A stretch of 64,000 bases of DNA, taken from the NCBI GenBank assembly GCA_963663275.1, contig OY760183.1, forward strand, positions 3,264,001 through 3,328,000, given 5' to 3'. Made by a program: the position numbers and the translations under genes. The notes below the pieces were generated by a model, which was not told the origin of the DNA, searched no databases, and saw nothing but the letters and a program-made list of their open reading frames with translations. Origin of the DNA: Chloroflexota bacterium. GTDB lineage: Bacteria > Chloroflexota > UBA11872 > VXOZ01. Every line of letters starts with the position of its first letter. Position 1 is the first letter of the stretch. Positions 8,980 through 19,261 of the stretch are shown piece after piece.

Positions 8980-9740
8980 CCCCGTAGCGCAGGTTCGCAC
9001 GGGACGTGCGCGTAACGTGCGTCCGCTGCGTGGTATGGCGCCGCCGCCCCCGGTAGTGCAGGTTTGTAACCTGCATCTGCTGCATGGCCTGACGCCGCTG
9101 TCACCCGTCAGTCGTAGCGCGGGGGCTTGTCCCCAATACTGTCGCATTAACGTAGCGCGGGGGCTTGTCCCCCGCCGGGGTGTGAAGAGCGAAAAGCGAT
9201 CACCGGCGGTTGCGCATGAGCAAACGGCGCCCACATATCGACCCCGTACCTGCGCAGGTTGCAAACCTACGCTACCGGGGTGTGCGACGCGGTGTTTTCG
9301 CCATGACACGCAATGTGACAGCATTGGGGCCAGCCCCGCGCTACCCTACGCCAGAGGCGGGGGACGAGCCCCCGCGCTACTACCACGCCACAGGCGAGGG
9401 ACAAGCCCCCGCGCTACAATCACGCCACAGGCGGGGGACGAGCCCCCGCGCTACAACCACGCGACAGGCGGGGGACGAGCCCCAATGCTGTCGCATTAAA
9501 CACAATGAGAGTGAAAACAACGCTCGTTTCTCCGGTAGCGCAGGTTTGTAACCTGCGTCTTCCGTAGGGTCAATCCATTTCGTTAGCATTTCTCTTATTC
9601 CGGCGGGGGACAAGCCCCCGCGCTACGTTAATGCGACAGTATTGGGGACGAGCCCCCGCGCTACAATCACGCCACAGGCGGGGGACGAGCCCCCGCGCTA
9701 CAACCACGCGACAGGCGGAGGATAAAGCCCCCGCGCTACG
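8980..9740. repeat. Mosaic cluster of GTAG-type REPs (GTAGCGCGGGGGCTTGTCCCCCGC and GTAGCGCAGGTTTGCAACCTGCG)
   Basis: More than 12 copies in both orientations; about 37-bp tandem units at 9356-9483; inverted duplication of 9114-9178 at 9600-9664. Confidence 0.85.
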
Positions 9741-9762
9741 TTGCGCGACGGCATCAAGGTGG

Positions 9763-10527
9763 TCACGGCGCTTGTGCCAGGCCCGCGTTGTGGAGGAAGG
9801 CCGTTAGCAGGTTGCGCATCTGTTCTCGGTAATGGGGTTCGTAGCGGGCGAACTCGCGCAGGTGGCGGGCCGCTTCCTCGTCGGGGTCGAACCGGTCGCC
9901 CATCAGGGCGTAGTCGGCGGCCAGTTCCCGGTTCCACACGCGCAACTCTTCCAGGGTGAGTTGCGGCTCGAACTGGAACCCGTAGGCATTGCCGTAGCGG
10001 AACGCCATGTTGATCCTGCGGTAGCGCCCGTCGCGGCAGAGCATGAACCCTTCCGCCAGGCGGGTCGCGCCCTGGGGGATGGAAAAACACTCCCCGTGCA
10101 GGGTCGGTACCAGGGGAACGGCCAGGTTGCCAAAGACCGGGTCGGCGTCGCCGGCGGCGGTCACGTCCAGTTTGCGCAGGCCGAACTGGTAGCCGCCCGT
10201 CGGTTCCACCGTGCCGCCCAGGGCCGTCGCCATGATCTGCGCGCCCAGGCAGACCCCCAGCGCCGGCGTGCCCCGCTCCAGCGCCCGGCGCAGGTACGCG
10301 CGCTCCTGGTGAATGGCGGGGTAATCGTCGTTGGCCGACTGCGGGCCGCCCAGCGCCACAATCAGCGCCACCTGCTCCAAAGGCGGCGGCGCAAAGCGGT
10401 CGAACGCCGGAGCCGACTCGAAGACGTTCAGGGGTTCCAGTTCAAAGCCGTGTTGCGCCAGCACGCCGCTGAAATTGGCGGCCAGGGTCTCCGGCTCGGC
10501 ATGGCGAATGATCAAGGCGCGTTTCAT
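9763..10527 (-). CDS. Class I glutamine amidotransferase-like protein
   Basis: LGGPQSA, GVCLGAQ nucleophile elbow; QFEPQ in place of QFHPE. Confidence 0.8.
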   Translation of the reverse strand: MKRALIIRHAEPETLAANFSGVLAQHGFELEPLNVFESAPAFDRFAPPPLEQVALIVALGGPQSANDDYPAIHQERAYLRRALERGTPALGVCLGAQIMATALGGTVEPTGGYQFGLRKLDVTAAGDADPVFGNLAVPLVPTLHGECFSIPQGATRLAEGFMLCRDGRYRRINMAFRYGNAYGFQFEPQLTLEELRVWNRELAADYALMGDRFDPDEEAARHLREFARYEPHYREQMRNLLTAFLHNAGLAQAP

Positions 10528-10830
10528 CGGTTTTCTTGGGTTGAAACCTTTGCGCAACGATGCCTAATGGCTGAAACGGAATCCAGCCCTTGCCAATTCC
10601 CCCTCACCCCGGCCCTCTCCCCAGGGAGAGGGGGTCGTTTCGCCTGTTTGGGAATCGCTTCAACCGTTCGTGCTGAGCCTGTCGAAGCATGAATGGAGAG
10701 AGGAGTGTTGGAAGTCTTCCCCTTTTCTCCGGCGTTCACTTTGCGATCGTTCACCCTTCGACGCGCTCAGGGCGAACGGTCGCAGCGTAGACGGTCGAAA
10801 GGTGAACGGTCACAGCGCGAATGCGCCCGC

Positions 10831-12339
10831 TCAGAGTTGCTTGCGCGGCGACGGGTCGCGGCGGTTGGGCGGCGGTTCGCTGCGGCCCAGGATGACGTTA
10901 GCGGCGTACTGGCGGCCCGCGTAGGGGTCTTCCAGCCGCAGCATCCAGTCCCACAAACGGTCGGTCAGTCGCTCGCGTACGTCGGCGCAGTGCGGATTCT
11001 GCGCCAGGTTGTACGTCTCGTGCGGGTCGGCCTCCAGGTCGTAGAGTTCGTCGTAGTCGAAGCCGTTGAAGACGAATTTGTAGCGCCCGTCGCAGATCGT
11101 GCGATTCATGAAGTAGAAGATGTTGCCGTGGTCCTGCATGAAGAGTTCGCGGTGCTCCAGGCGGTCCGCGGCGCCGTCCTGGCCTGTCAGCAACGGCGCA
11201 AGCGAGACGCCGTGCGCGCCCTCCAGCGGCTCGGCCCCGGCCAGATCCAGGAAGGTCGGCCCCAGGTCCAGCGTGCGCACGTAGGCGTCGCACACCTGGC
11301 CCGCGGCGAACCCCGCCGGCCAACGCGCGATGTAGGGCATGCGGTGGGTTTCCTCATACGGCCAGATGTCCTTGAACCACAGGCCGTGCGCGCCCATCAT
11401 GTCGCCGTGATCGGAGGTGTAGACCACCAACGTATCGTCCGCCTGGCCGGATTCATCCAGAAAATCCAGCACCGCGCCCACGTAATGGTCGATGAGGGCG
11501 CAGTACGCCCGGTAGCAGGCAATGGACTTGCGGGTGTGCTCCTCGTCGATTTCGCGGAACCACGTCTCCCGCGCCCGCCGCGCGTAGGCCGGTTTAGCCG
11601 CGCCGTCCGTGTAGAAACTGAGGGGAACCGGCACGTCGCGCCAGTCGAATTGCTCGGCGTATTCTTTGGGAACAACGTACGGATTGTGCGGCCCGGTAAA
11701 GTTCATCCACAGGCACCAAGGCGCGCTGCTGGATTCGTCGGCCAGCGCGCGCAACTGCTGCAAACCCGCTTCCGCCTGCATCGCCGTGGTGGTAGCCTCC
11801 GGCGGTTTGTCCTCCACGCCGTAGTGCAGCCAGTAGACGCCGGCCGCGTCGTGGAAGCCCCACGTGCCCGGGCGCGGCCCGCTGCCGGCGCTCGTATTCG
11901 CCCCGCCGCCCTGCTGCTCGGTGCGAATGCGGTGATCGCGCTCGTACGCCGCCCGGTCGAACGCCCGTTCCTCCGTATCAAACCCCAACTCCACCGGCCC
12001 CCGCTCCCAGCCCATGTGCGCCTTGCCCGCGTACCTCATGCGGTAGCCCGCCGCGCCCAGGTTCGGCCCCCAGGTGGGCACGCCCTCCCGGATCTCGCGG
12101 CTGACGGCATAGGGCACGTGGCAGTTGTTCAGCACGTGGTGGGCGTGGGGATAGACCGCCGTGGCAATCGAGGCCCGCGCCGGCGCGCAGGGGGTCGTCA
12201 CCGTATACCCCCGCCGGCACCAGACCCCCTCCCGCGCCAACCGCTCCAAATTCGGCGACCACCCACCCGCCGCCGGCCCCGCCGTGCCATACTGCTGCTG
12301 GTCGGACATGATGAGGAGAATGTTCGGTTGCTTGGTCAT
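10831..12339 (-). CDS. Sulfatase (formylglycine-dependent, choline-sulfatase-like)
   Basis: PNILLIMSDQ, CAPARAS (CxPxR), GKAH, GPHNP, SDHGD, ELYDLEADP. Confidence 0.9.
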   Translation of the reverse strand: MTKQPNILLIMSDQQQYGTAGPAAGGWSPNLERLAREGVWCRRGYTVTTPCAPARASIATAVYPHAHHVLNNCHVPYAVSREIREGVPTWGPNLGAAGYRMRYAGKAHMGWERGPVELGFDTEERAFDRAAYERDHRIRTEQQGGGANTSAGSGPRPGTWGFHDAAGVYWLHYGVEDKPPEATTTAMQAEAGLQQLRALADESSSAPWCLWMNFTGPHNPYVVPKEYAEQFDWRDVPVPLSFYTDGAAKPAYARRARETWFREIDEEHTRKSIACYRAYCALIDHYVGAVLDFLDESGQADDTLVVYTSDHGDMMGAHGLWFKDIWPYEETHRMPYIARWPAGFAAGQVCDAYVRTLDLGPTFLDLAGAEPLEGAHGVSLAPLLTGQDGAADRLEHRELFMQDHGNIFYFMNRTICDGRYKFVFNGFDYDELYDLEADPHETYNLAQNPHCADVRERLTDRLWDWMLRLEDPYAGRQYAANVILGRSEPPPNRRDPSPRKQL

Positions 12340-12385
12340 TCAAACTGCCCTTCAAGTCGTTGCCTAAGCACGGCGAGTTGTATGG

Positions 12386-13780
12386 TTACGTTTGAAAGTG
12401 GCCCTTGACAACTTCCTCAATGAAGTTCGTCGCAATTCGCTCAATCTTTAGTTTCTCGCATCTGTTGGGTCCGTAACGCGCCACAAACAACTCATCCTTA
12501 GGCGCGTAACCAATTTCACGCAACTTAGGCACATTTGGTGCCGCAATGTTGTCAAGCCTTTCAAAATAGAAGGATGATGCTGGCTCTTCTCGAGACAAAT
12601 GGAGAGAAACTGACGCATGCTCCGACATTGGGTAGTTTGCGTATCCGAAAAAGTGAAGATACCTTGCTGCCTTGTCTCCACTGCGAAAGTCTAATCGGAA
12701 AAACCAGGTCTTCTTTGCTGACTGTCTCTGGCTCAGGGCTAGATACTTCTCAAACTCAAGGACGCCAAAGACTTTGAAGTAGACTCGACCAAGGGGGGTT
12801 CTCTCATTTATTTGATGTACAAGCTGCTGGTAGTGGTTCACCAAGAGTTCCATAGCACTCCGCCACAACTCATACTCATTTCTAATTCGACCCTTCTCGG
12901 GCTGAGAGAACTTGCTGGCTATTGACTCGGCCCATTCGATCTGCTCCCTTTGCTCTTGCGCTGCTGCTTCGTATTCTTCAAGAGTTTCATCGACGCTTTC
13001 AAGCAACAGTGAAATAAAGGGGGTCAAGTTCGAAATTTGCGACTCCTCTAGGGCATCATAGTAGCGTGCCCTGTCTTCTCTTGTGATCACTGCAATAGGA
13101 AAGCCAGCTCTCATCAGTACCAAGTTCATCAAAATGCGTGCAGTTCTACCGTTCCCATCGGCAAAGGGATGAATCTGGGCAAACCAAGCGTGGCAAGCGG
13201 CGGCAGTCTGAATAGTGTTTTCAGCCAAGTCGAGGGAGGCTGGGCTCAACCACTCTATGAATTCCCGCATTTGGGGTTCGACTTCAATCGGACTGGGAGG
13301 GGAAAAGTCAGAACCTGAGATTGCCACCTCTACATTTCGGTAGGCCCCAGCATTGTCATCATCGATTCCTTGAAGGATTAGCTTGTGGACCTGCCTGATA
13401 TCTTGTAGCGTTATCTGTTCTTCAGTGCTGGATGCCATTTGTTCCAAGAAATCAAGGGCTTGGCTGAGGTTCTTCGCTTCGGCTTGATCTTTCAACGGCT
13501 TTCCTGCAATCGTCAGGCCTACCTCTACAACCTGGCGCGTCTCGCCGATGTCGAGCAGATTGCCCTCTATTGCGTTTGAATGATAGATATTCTTAATTCG
13601 GAAGTGGCGACGAATGTGACCCAGCACCTCTGGTGCCAACTTGCCGACCTTGCGCATTTCACGAACACGCCCGTTAAGCTCTTCAATTTGCTCAAGTAGC
13701 CCCGCATCGTATTCGAAAGGCGTACCTTCTACAGGGGTGAATTCTCGCTCTTCTTTCATTTCACTTTCAATCTCGCTCAC
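12386..13780 (-). CDS. Fic family protein (class II) with extra C-terminal domain; lower-GC insert
   Basis: HPFADGNGRTAR catalytic motif; SNAIEGN inhibitory motif; GTG start after AGGAGG. Confidence 0.88.
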   Translation of the reverse strand: MSEIESEMKEEREFTPVEGTPFEYDAGLLEQIEELNGRVREMRKVGKLAPEVLGHIRRHFRIKNIYHSNAIEGNLLDIGETRQVVEVGLTIAGKPLKDQAEAKNLSQALDFLEQMASSTEEQITLQDIRQVHKLILQGIDDDNAGAYRNVEVAISGSDFSPPSPIEVEPQMREFIEWLSPASLDLAENTIQTAAACHAWFAQIHPFADGNGRTARILMNLVLMRAGFPIAVITREDRARYYDALEESQISNLTPFISLLLESVDETLEEYEAAAQEQREQIEWAESIASKFSQPEKGRIRNEYELWRSAMELLVNHYQQLVHQINERTPLGRVYFKVFGVLEFEKYLALSQRQSAKKTWFFRLDFRSGDKAARYLHFFGYANYPMSEHASVSLHLSREEPASSFYFERLDNIAAPNVPKLREIGYAPKDELFVARYGPNRCEKLKIERIATNFIEEVVKGHFQT

Positions 13781-13894
13781 TCTGCGCATCCTCCTGATCA
13801 TAGGGTGAATCACTCATGCCGCGCGTTCGTGGCTCCGACTTCTCCACAACGGCCAAAGTCAGGCTCAACCAACTTTCGTGGAACATGGCGACAC

Positions 13895-14320
13895 TTAGAG
13901 CCTCACCCGCGGCCAGGTGGTAAGCAAGCCCACCGCCAAGGCGGCGGTGACGACGTGCATGACCATGAGGCTGATGACGGCGGGGATGGTAGCGCCGGGG
14001 GCGTCGACCACCAGCATGAGGACGTTGGGGATGAAGGAGAGCACGAGCAGGACGCCGGCCAGCCAGCGGTAGATGATGACGGCGCGCCGCGTCAGGCGCG
14101 CCAGAATGGCAAAGACGACGGTTGCGCCAAAGACGCCAATCACGGTAAAGACGATGATGCCGCCAAACTCCGCCAGCGCCTGGAAGAGCGGCGAGATGGG
14201 GAAGAACGCCATCACCAGGCTGCGCACGATGGCGTTAGCGAGCAGCGAGAGCACCAGCGCGGCCCCGCCGGCCAGCCACACCCGGCTGATGGCGATGCGC
14301 TCCGTCCGTTCCGTCGTCAT
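13895..14320 (-). CDS. Four-TM membrane protein (DUF6069-like)
   Basis: Four hydrophobic segments; LSFIP and LMVMHVVTAA motifs. Confidence 0.65.
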   Translation of the reverse strand: MTTERTERIAISRVWLAGGAALVLSLLANAIVRSLVMAFFPISPLFQALAEFGGIIVFTVIGVFGATVVFAILARLTRRAVIIYRWLAGVLLVLSFIPNVLMLVVDAPGATIPAVISLMVMHVVTAALAVGLLTTWPRVRL

Positions 14321-14595
14321 GTCGGCTCAATTCTCGTGACGGCTTCCGCGGGAGTTGCCAAAGGGTCTCCTCCGGCAGCGCGGGTTTCGTCCATAAGGCC
14401 GTGTACCGCGCGCAACGGCTCCGTTGGCGGGTGTATGCAAGAGCAATGTCGGATCCGGCTACTCTCGCCCGATTCCAAGCGATAGGCCATGTCCTGAGCC
14501 TGCCCACCCTTCGACACGCTCAGGGTGAACGGTACGCTCAGTGCGAACGGTACGCTCAGGGCGAACGGCTGACGTGGACGTGCCGAACACCCTAC

Positions 14596-16209
14596 TTACG
14601 GATTCACGTTCATGTCGTACTTGCCCGGCGAGATCAGGGCTTCGGTGGTCATACCCATCACGCCGCCGCTGACGCCTTTGGTGAGCGACGCGCGCACAAC
14701 CTTGATCGGATCCACGATACCGGCGCGGATCATGTTGACGAACTTGCCGTTGTGGGCGTCGAAGCCGGTGGGATAGCGCCGGCGGTAGATTTCGGCAATG
14801 ATCGCCTCCGGGTCGTAGCCGCCGTTGAGGAGAATCTGGCGCAGCGGAGACTCCGCCGCTTCCGCCATCATGCGGATGCCGTAGGCCTCTTCCTCGTCGG
14901 ACGCCTTGAGCTTGCGCAGGGCCTTGGCGGCGTGGATGTAGGCAATGCCGCCGCCGGGCACCACGCCTTCTTCCAGCGCCGCGCGCACCGCCAGCATGGC
15001 GTCGTCGGCGCGCAGTTTCTTCTCTTTCATTTCGGCTTCGGTATAGCCGCCGACTTTCAGGATGGCGATGCCGCCGCTGAGCTTGCCGATGCGCTCGCGC
15101 ATCTTGTTGCGCTCGAACTCGTTCTTCTCGTCCGGCAGGAGTTTCTTCACCTCCTGGATGCGGCGGCGGATTGCCACCTCGCTGCCCATGCCGCCGACGA
15201 TGGTGAAGAAGTCGCGGTTGCACCAAATGCGCCGCGCGCGCCCCAGGTCGGCCGCCGTGACGTCTTCCGTCAGGTCGCCGGAATCGTCGGAGACGAACGT
15301 GCCGCCGGTCATGATGGCGATGTCTTCCAGGATGTGCACCATGCGATTGCCGGCGCCGGGCGCTTTGATTGCCAAGGTCTGGATCTCGCCTTCCTGCTTG
15401 TTCACCACCAGCGTGGCGAGCGCCTCGGATTCCACGGTGTTCGCGAAGACCACCAGGCTCTTGCCGCCCACCGACTTCACGGCCTCCAGCGCGGGTATGA
15501 CCTCTTCCGCGCGCTTGAGTTGGCGATCGGTAACCAGGACGAAGGGTGATTCAATCGTGCAGTCCATGCGGTCGGGATTGGTGATGAAGTAGGGCGAAAG
15601 GTAGCCCTTGTCCCACTGCATGCCCTCCACGTACTCGCGGTCGACGCGGTTCATGCTGCGGGACTCTTCCACCATGATGATGGCGTCCCGTCCCAGCGTC
15701 TCCACGATCTCGCCGATGAGCGCGCCCATGTAGTCGTCCAGGCAGACCACGCTCGCCAGCCGCTTGATCTCATCGCGGGTATCCAGCGTCTTGGTGAGCG
15801 TTTCAATCTCCGCCATCATCACCGCGGCCGCGCGCTCGATGCCCCGGCGCAGCGCCATGGGATTGAACCCCACCGCCATCGCCTTGTAGGCCTGGTCCAG
15901 GATGGACTGGGCAATCACGGCGGTGGTAGTGGTGCCGTCGCCGGCCTGCTCGCCCACGTGCCAGGCCAGGTGGCGGATGAGCATCGCGCCCATGTTCTCG
16001 AAGCGGTCCGGCAGTTCCACGATGCGGCGCGCGATGGTGGCGCCGTCGTTCATGATCTCCGGCGCGGCGGTGCGCTGCGACATGCTCTCCAGGGCTACGG
16101 TGCGCGCCTTCGGCCCCAGCGTCACCTTCAGCACGTCGGCCATGGTGTCGAAACCGCGCTTGAAGGCTTCTTTCGCTTCCGGTTCCAGTAGCAAGCGTTG
16201 TTGCGGCAT
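14596..16209 (-). CDS. groEL: Chaperonin GroEL, divergent paralog
   Basis: VTLGPK, NDGATIA, AGDGTTT, EGMQWDKGYLSPYF, EEGVVPGGG, GIVDP; lacks GGM tail. Confidence 0.9.
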   Translation of the reverse strand: MPQQRLLLEPEAKEAFKRGFDTMADVLKVTLGPKARTVALESMSQRTAAPEIMNDGATIARRIVELPDRFENMGAMLIRHLAWHVGEQAGDGTTTTAVIAQSILDQAYKAMAVGFNPMALRRGIERAAAVMMAEIETLTKTLDTRDEIKRLASVVCLDDYMGALIGEIVETLGRDAIIMVEESRSMNRVDREYVEGMQWDKGYLSPYFITNPDRMDCTIESPFVLVTDRQLKRAEEVIPALEAVKSVGGKSLVVFANTVESEALATLVVNKQEGEIQTLAIKAPGAGNRMVHILEDIAIMTGGTFVSDDSGDLTEDVTAADLGRARRIWCNRDFFTIVGGMGSEVAIRRRIQEVKKLLPDEKNEFERNKMRERIGKLSGGIAILKVGGYTEAEMKEKKLRADDAMLAVRAALEEGVVPGGGIAYIHAAKALRKLKASDEEEAYGIRMMAEAAESPLRQILLNGGYDPEAIIAEIYRRRYPTGFDAHNGKFVNMIRAGIVDPIKVVRASLTKGVSGGVMGMTTEALISPGKYDMNVNP

Positions 16210-16563
16210 TACTTAGCTGTCTCCCCCAATCACCTGGCAAATGTGGTCGTATGTCCATCGCCGCGGCCTACGCTCGGCCACGGAGACGGCTCGGTTTTCA
16301 TCGCGACTCGCCTGAACGGCTGGCTTCCTCTGTGTACGATACACAACCGGGACGGCAAACCGCAAGGGCTGGACAAAGAAGAACCGGGGAAGGAGCGCGT
16401 AATCGTACTTTGCAGCGCTTTGTCCCCGGTTAGCGTGGGAGGCCGCGCCGCGCGAGCGGGCGCGGCCTCCCGGTTCTGCGTTTCGTGATTGCCAAGCCTC
16501 TGCGGAGACGCCGGCGGCGCAAGCGCCGCGCCGGCCCGCACAGCGGCAATCCTCAGACGCCGG

Positions 16564-16869
16564 CTAGTCCAGAATCGCCAGCACGTCCTTCTCGCTGAGG
16601 ATCAGAAGTTCCTCGTCGCCCAGCTTCACCTCGGTGCCGGCATACTTGGCGAAGAGGATCTTCTGACCCGGCTCCACCGAAACCGACACCTTCTCGCCGC
16701 TGTCGAGGGTGCGGCCCGCGCCCACCGCTACCACCTCGCCCTCTTGGGGCTTCTCTTTGGCGGTATCGGGCAGCACAATGCCGCTTCTGGTCTTCTCTTC
16801 TTGCTCAAGAGCTCGTACAACCACACGATCACCCAGCGGGGTAATCTTGACACTCATCGCAGTCGCCAT
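16564..16869 (-). CDS. groES: Co-chaperonin GroES
   Basis: [38 protein letters not shown]; GGGAGG RBS. Confidence 0.95.
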   Translation of the reverse strand: MATAMSVKITPLGDRVVVRALEQEEKTRSGIVLPDTAKEKPQEGEVVAVGAGRTLDSGEKVSVSVEPGQKILFAKYAGTEVKLGDEELLILSEKDVLAILD

Positions 16870-16963
16870 CCGTACCAATCCTCCCGATTCATCGGAGACA
16901 CTACTACACAATACTACCGAGCGCGTGCGCACGCACCGCTCGGTTCAAGGTATCTATACCGCC

Positions 16964-16992
16964 ATTATACTCAGCGCCCTACGCGCGGTCAA
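16964..16992 (-). promoter_or_regulatory. sigma70/sigmaA promoter of groES
   Basis: TTGACC-17 bp-TATAAT on minus strand; no CIRCE seen. Confidence 0.75.
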
Positions 16993-17117
16993 GGCACGGC
17001 CTGCCCGGCTGCCCGGGACACGCGGCTGTGGTAGTCACACGTCCATGGCATCATCCCGTTCGTGGTGAGCCTATGGCATCAACCCGTTCGTGGTGAGCCT
17101 GTCGAACCACGAACGCC

Positions 17118-18320
17118 TCACCCCGCCTCCCGCCGCCGCACCAGCGCGGCCACCCGTTCCAGAATGACGGCGGCAACCTCAGACTTGGGCAAGACCGGCA
17201 GCGGCTCCGGCGGGCCGTCCTCGCTCAGGATCACGACCCTGTTCGTATCCGCGCCAAAGCCGCTGTCGGCCCGAGACACGTCGTTTGCCACTATCAGATC
17301 GGCTTTCTTGCTCGCGACCTTCTTCTTGGCGTTGGCGAGCACGTCCTCGGTTTCCGCGGCAAAGCCGGCCTTGACGAGCGTGCGCGGGATCGTGCGGAGA
17401 ATATCCTCGTTTTCCACCAGCGTAATCGTCAGGGGATCGCCGGTGCGCTTTGCCTTTTGGCTGCGGGCCGTTTCCGGGCGGTAGTCCGCCACCGCCGCGG
17501 CCATGATCAGCGCGTCCGCCTGCGCGGTGTGTTCCTCTACCGCGCGCAGCATCTCGGCGGTGGTCGTCACGGACACGCTGCCGATGCCGTGCGGCGCGGG
17601 CGCGGTGGTCGCGCCCTGGATGAGGATCACGCGCGCGCCGCAGTCCCGCGCCGCCTCGGCCAGCGCGAACCCCATCTTGCCGCTGGAGCGGTTGCCGATA
17701 TAGCGCACCGGGTCCAGCGGCTCTTGGGTGCCGCCCGCGGTCACCACCACCGTCTTGCCCGCCAGCGGGCCGTTCGTGCCCAGCGCGGCGCGCATCTCGG
17801 CCACCAGCGCGTCCACCTCCGGCAGCCGCCCTTGCGCCACCAGACCCGACGCCAGCCTGCCGGCCAACGGCTCCACCACGCGCACGCCCCGTTCCCGCAA
17901 TGCGGCGACGTTGGCTTGCGTGGCGGGATGGTTGTACATGCCGCCGTCCATAGCCGGCGCCACCAGCGCCGGCGCCCGCGTGCTCAGGTAGACGCAGGTC
18001 AGCAGATCGTCGGCCAGCCCGTGCGCCATGCGCGCCAGCGTGTGGGCGGTGGCGGGAACGACCGCCAGCAGGTCGGCCTCTTCTGCCAGGTCGACGTGCA
18101 GAATGCGCCCGGGCGTGGGCGTAAAGAGTTCCGCGTGCGTGGGACGCTGCGTCACGCTGGTGAACGAGAGCGGCGTGACGAACCGCTGGGCGTCCTGAGT
18201 GAGGATGGTGGTAACCTCCGCCCCGGCCTGCGTGAGTTGGCTCGCCAACGCCACGGCCTTGAAGGCGGCAATGCTGCCGCAAACGCCCAGCAGAATGCGT
18301 CTTCCCTTGAGCACGCTCAT
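17118..18320 (-). CDS. coaBC: Phosphopantothenoylcysteine decarboxylase/ligase
   Basis: GSIAAFKA, HVDLA, PATAHTLA, TAGGTQEPLDPVRYIGNRSSGKMG, AAAVADY, GFAAET, VANDVS. Confidence 0.95.
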   Translation of the reverse strand: MSVLKGRRILLGVCGSIAAFKAVALASQLTQAGAEVTTILTQDAQRFVTPLSFTSVTQRPTHAELFTPTPGRILHVDLAEEADLLAVVPATAHTLARMAHGLADDLLTCVYLSTRAPALVAPAMDGGMYNHPATQANVAALRERGVRVVEPLAGRLASGLVAQGRLPEVDALVAEMRAALGTNGPLAGKTVVVTAGGTQEPLDPVRYIGNRSSGKMGFALAEAARDCGARVILIQGATTAPAPHGIGSVSVTTTAEMLRAVEEHTAQADALIMAAAVADYRPETARSQKAKRTGDPLTITLVENEDILRTIPRTLVKAGFAAETEDVLANAKKKVASKKADLIVANDVSRADSGFGADTNRVVILSEDGPPEPLPVLPKSEVAAVILERVAALVRRREAG

Positions 18321-18467
18321 GCGCCTACACCTCCATGCCGTCGCCGCGCCCACCTGCCATCCTACACCAGTCTTCGATTGGCGGGTAGGCGAACGGACAC
18401 TATCAGGAGACGTCGGTACCGTCAGGAGGTAGCATGCGGAGAGCAAGCGTGGAGCGTCACGGATGAG

Positions 18468-19244
18468 TCATGCGAGGATCTCCGCCAGGTAGCGGGCGAT
18501 ACGCTCCCTATTTGCGGCCAATGTAGAGAATTGCTTCTCACACACGTCGCTAAAGCGTGCAAGCACCTTGCGGTTGATCTCTTCCTGATTCTCGAAAATA
18601 GCCACCGAGTGCGGCGGTCGCGCGTACCACTTCTCAAACTGGAGCAATCCGATCGTGGCGTCGCGCACCTTGTCATCATTCGGCAGCGCGTAGACCAAGA
18701 GCGGTTGATTGCGGTGATCAATCCGGCAATCTACCACGTACATTCCTGCGGGATCGTGATTCGTGTCGCGCCAGTCGAAGATGCGCCTTTCCCCCGGCAC
18801 GTGCTCCATTACAAACGCCTGAAAGTCCTCCATGAATGTAGAGCGCCCGCGCTCTTGCGTCAGATAGGTGACGTCGGCTACTTTCAAGAGCGCCTGCACG
18901 AAACTGTAGAGCGCATCGCCAAAACGCCCATCGGGCACGCGCAGCGTCAGTTCCCCATTGCAATCTTCGACGGCAAATGCGGCCAGTGCGTTGGCAATAA
19001 CACGTGCCCCCGTCCCACTCTGCGTAGACATTTCATCCAAGTCGTAGGAAAGGCGCATGAAGGTATTGCCCTCGTCGCCTAGTGTCCATTCATCAGACTC
19101 GCGGCGAAGGACGATCCCCAGGTGGTCTCCGTCATCGAACACGAATGGGGTAAATACACGAAACCGATCGACGCCCTCAGGCTCTACCCTGATGGCGGCG
19201 CTAACTTTACTCTTGAACTCTTGCTCGATCGTCTGCACGCTCAT
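18468..19244 (-). CDS. DUF1828/DUF1829-like protein (possible restriction-endonuclease-like C-terminal fold)
   Basis: VFTPFVFDDGDHL...LGDEGNT N-terminal motif; STFMEDF; YVVDCRI; family assignment from recall. Confidence 0.7.
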   Translation of the reverse strand: MSVQTIEQEFKSKVSAAIRVEPEGVDRFRVFTPFVFDDGDHLGIVLRRESDEWTLGDEGNTFMRLSYDLDEMSTQSGTGARVIANALAAFAVEDCNGELTLRVPDGRFGDALYSFVQALLKVADVTYLTQERGRSTFMEDFQAFVMEHVPGERRIFDWRDTNHDPAGMYVVDCRIDHRNQPLLVYALPNDDKVRDATIGLLQFEKWYARPPHSVAIFENQEEINRKVLARFSDVCEKQFSTLAANRERIARYLAEILA

Positions 19245-19261
19245 CGCTCATCACCCTCCGG

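Noticed and set aside
9356-9483. CRISPR-like periodicity (about 24-bp palindrome plus about 13-bp linker)
   Set aside because: Linkers are short and nearly identical, the repeat is scattered in both orientations across the window, and no cas genes are present, so these are REP tandems
16352-16400. c-di-GMP-I riboswitch-like GGCAAACC-GCAA-GG
   Set aside because: The stem is only 2 bp, the following GACGCAAAG-type motif is not matched, and no downstream gene lies on that strand
16870-17000. CIRCE/HrcA operator upstream of groES
   Set aside because: No TTAGCACTC-N9-GAGTGCTAA found
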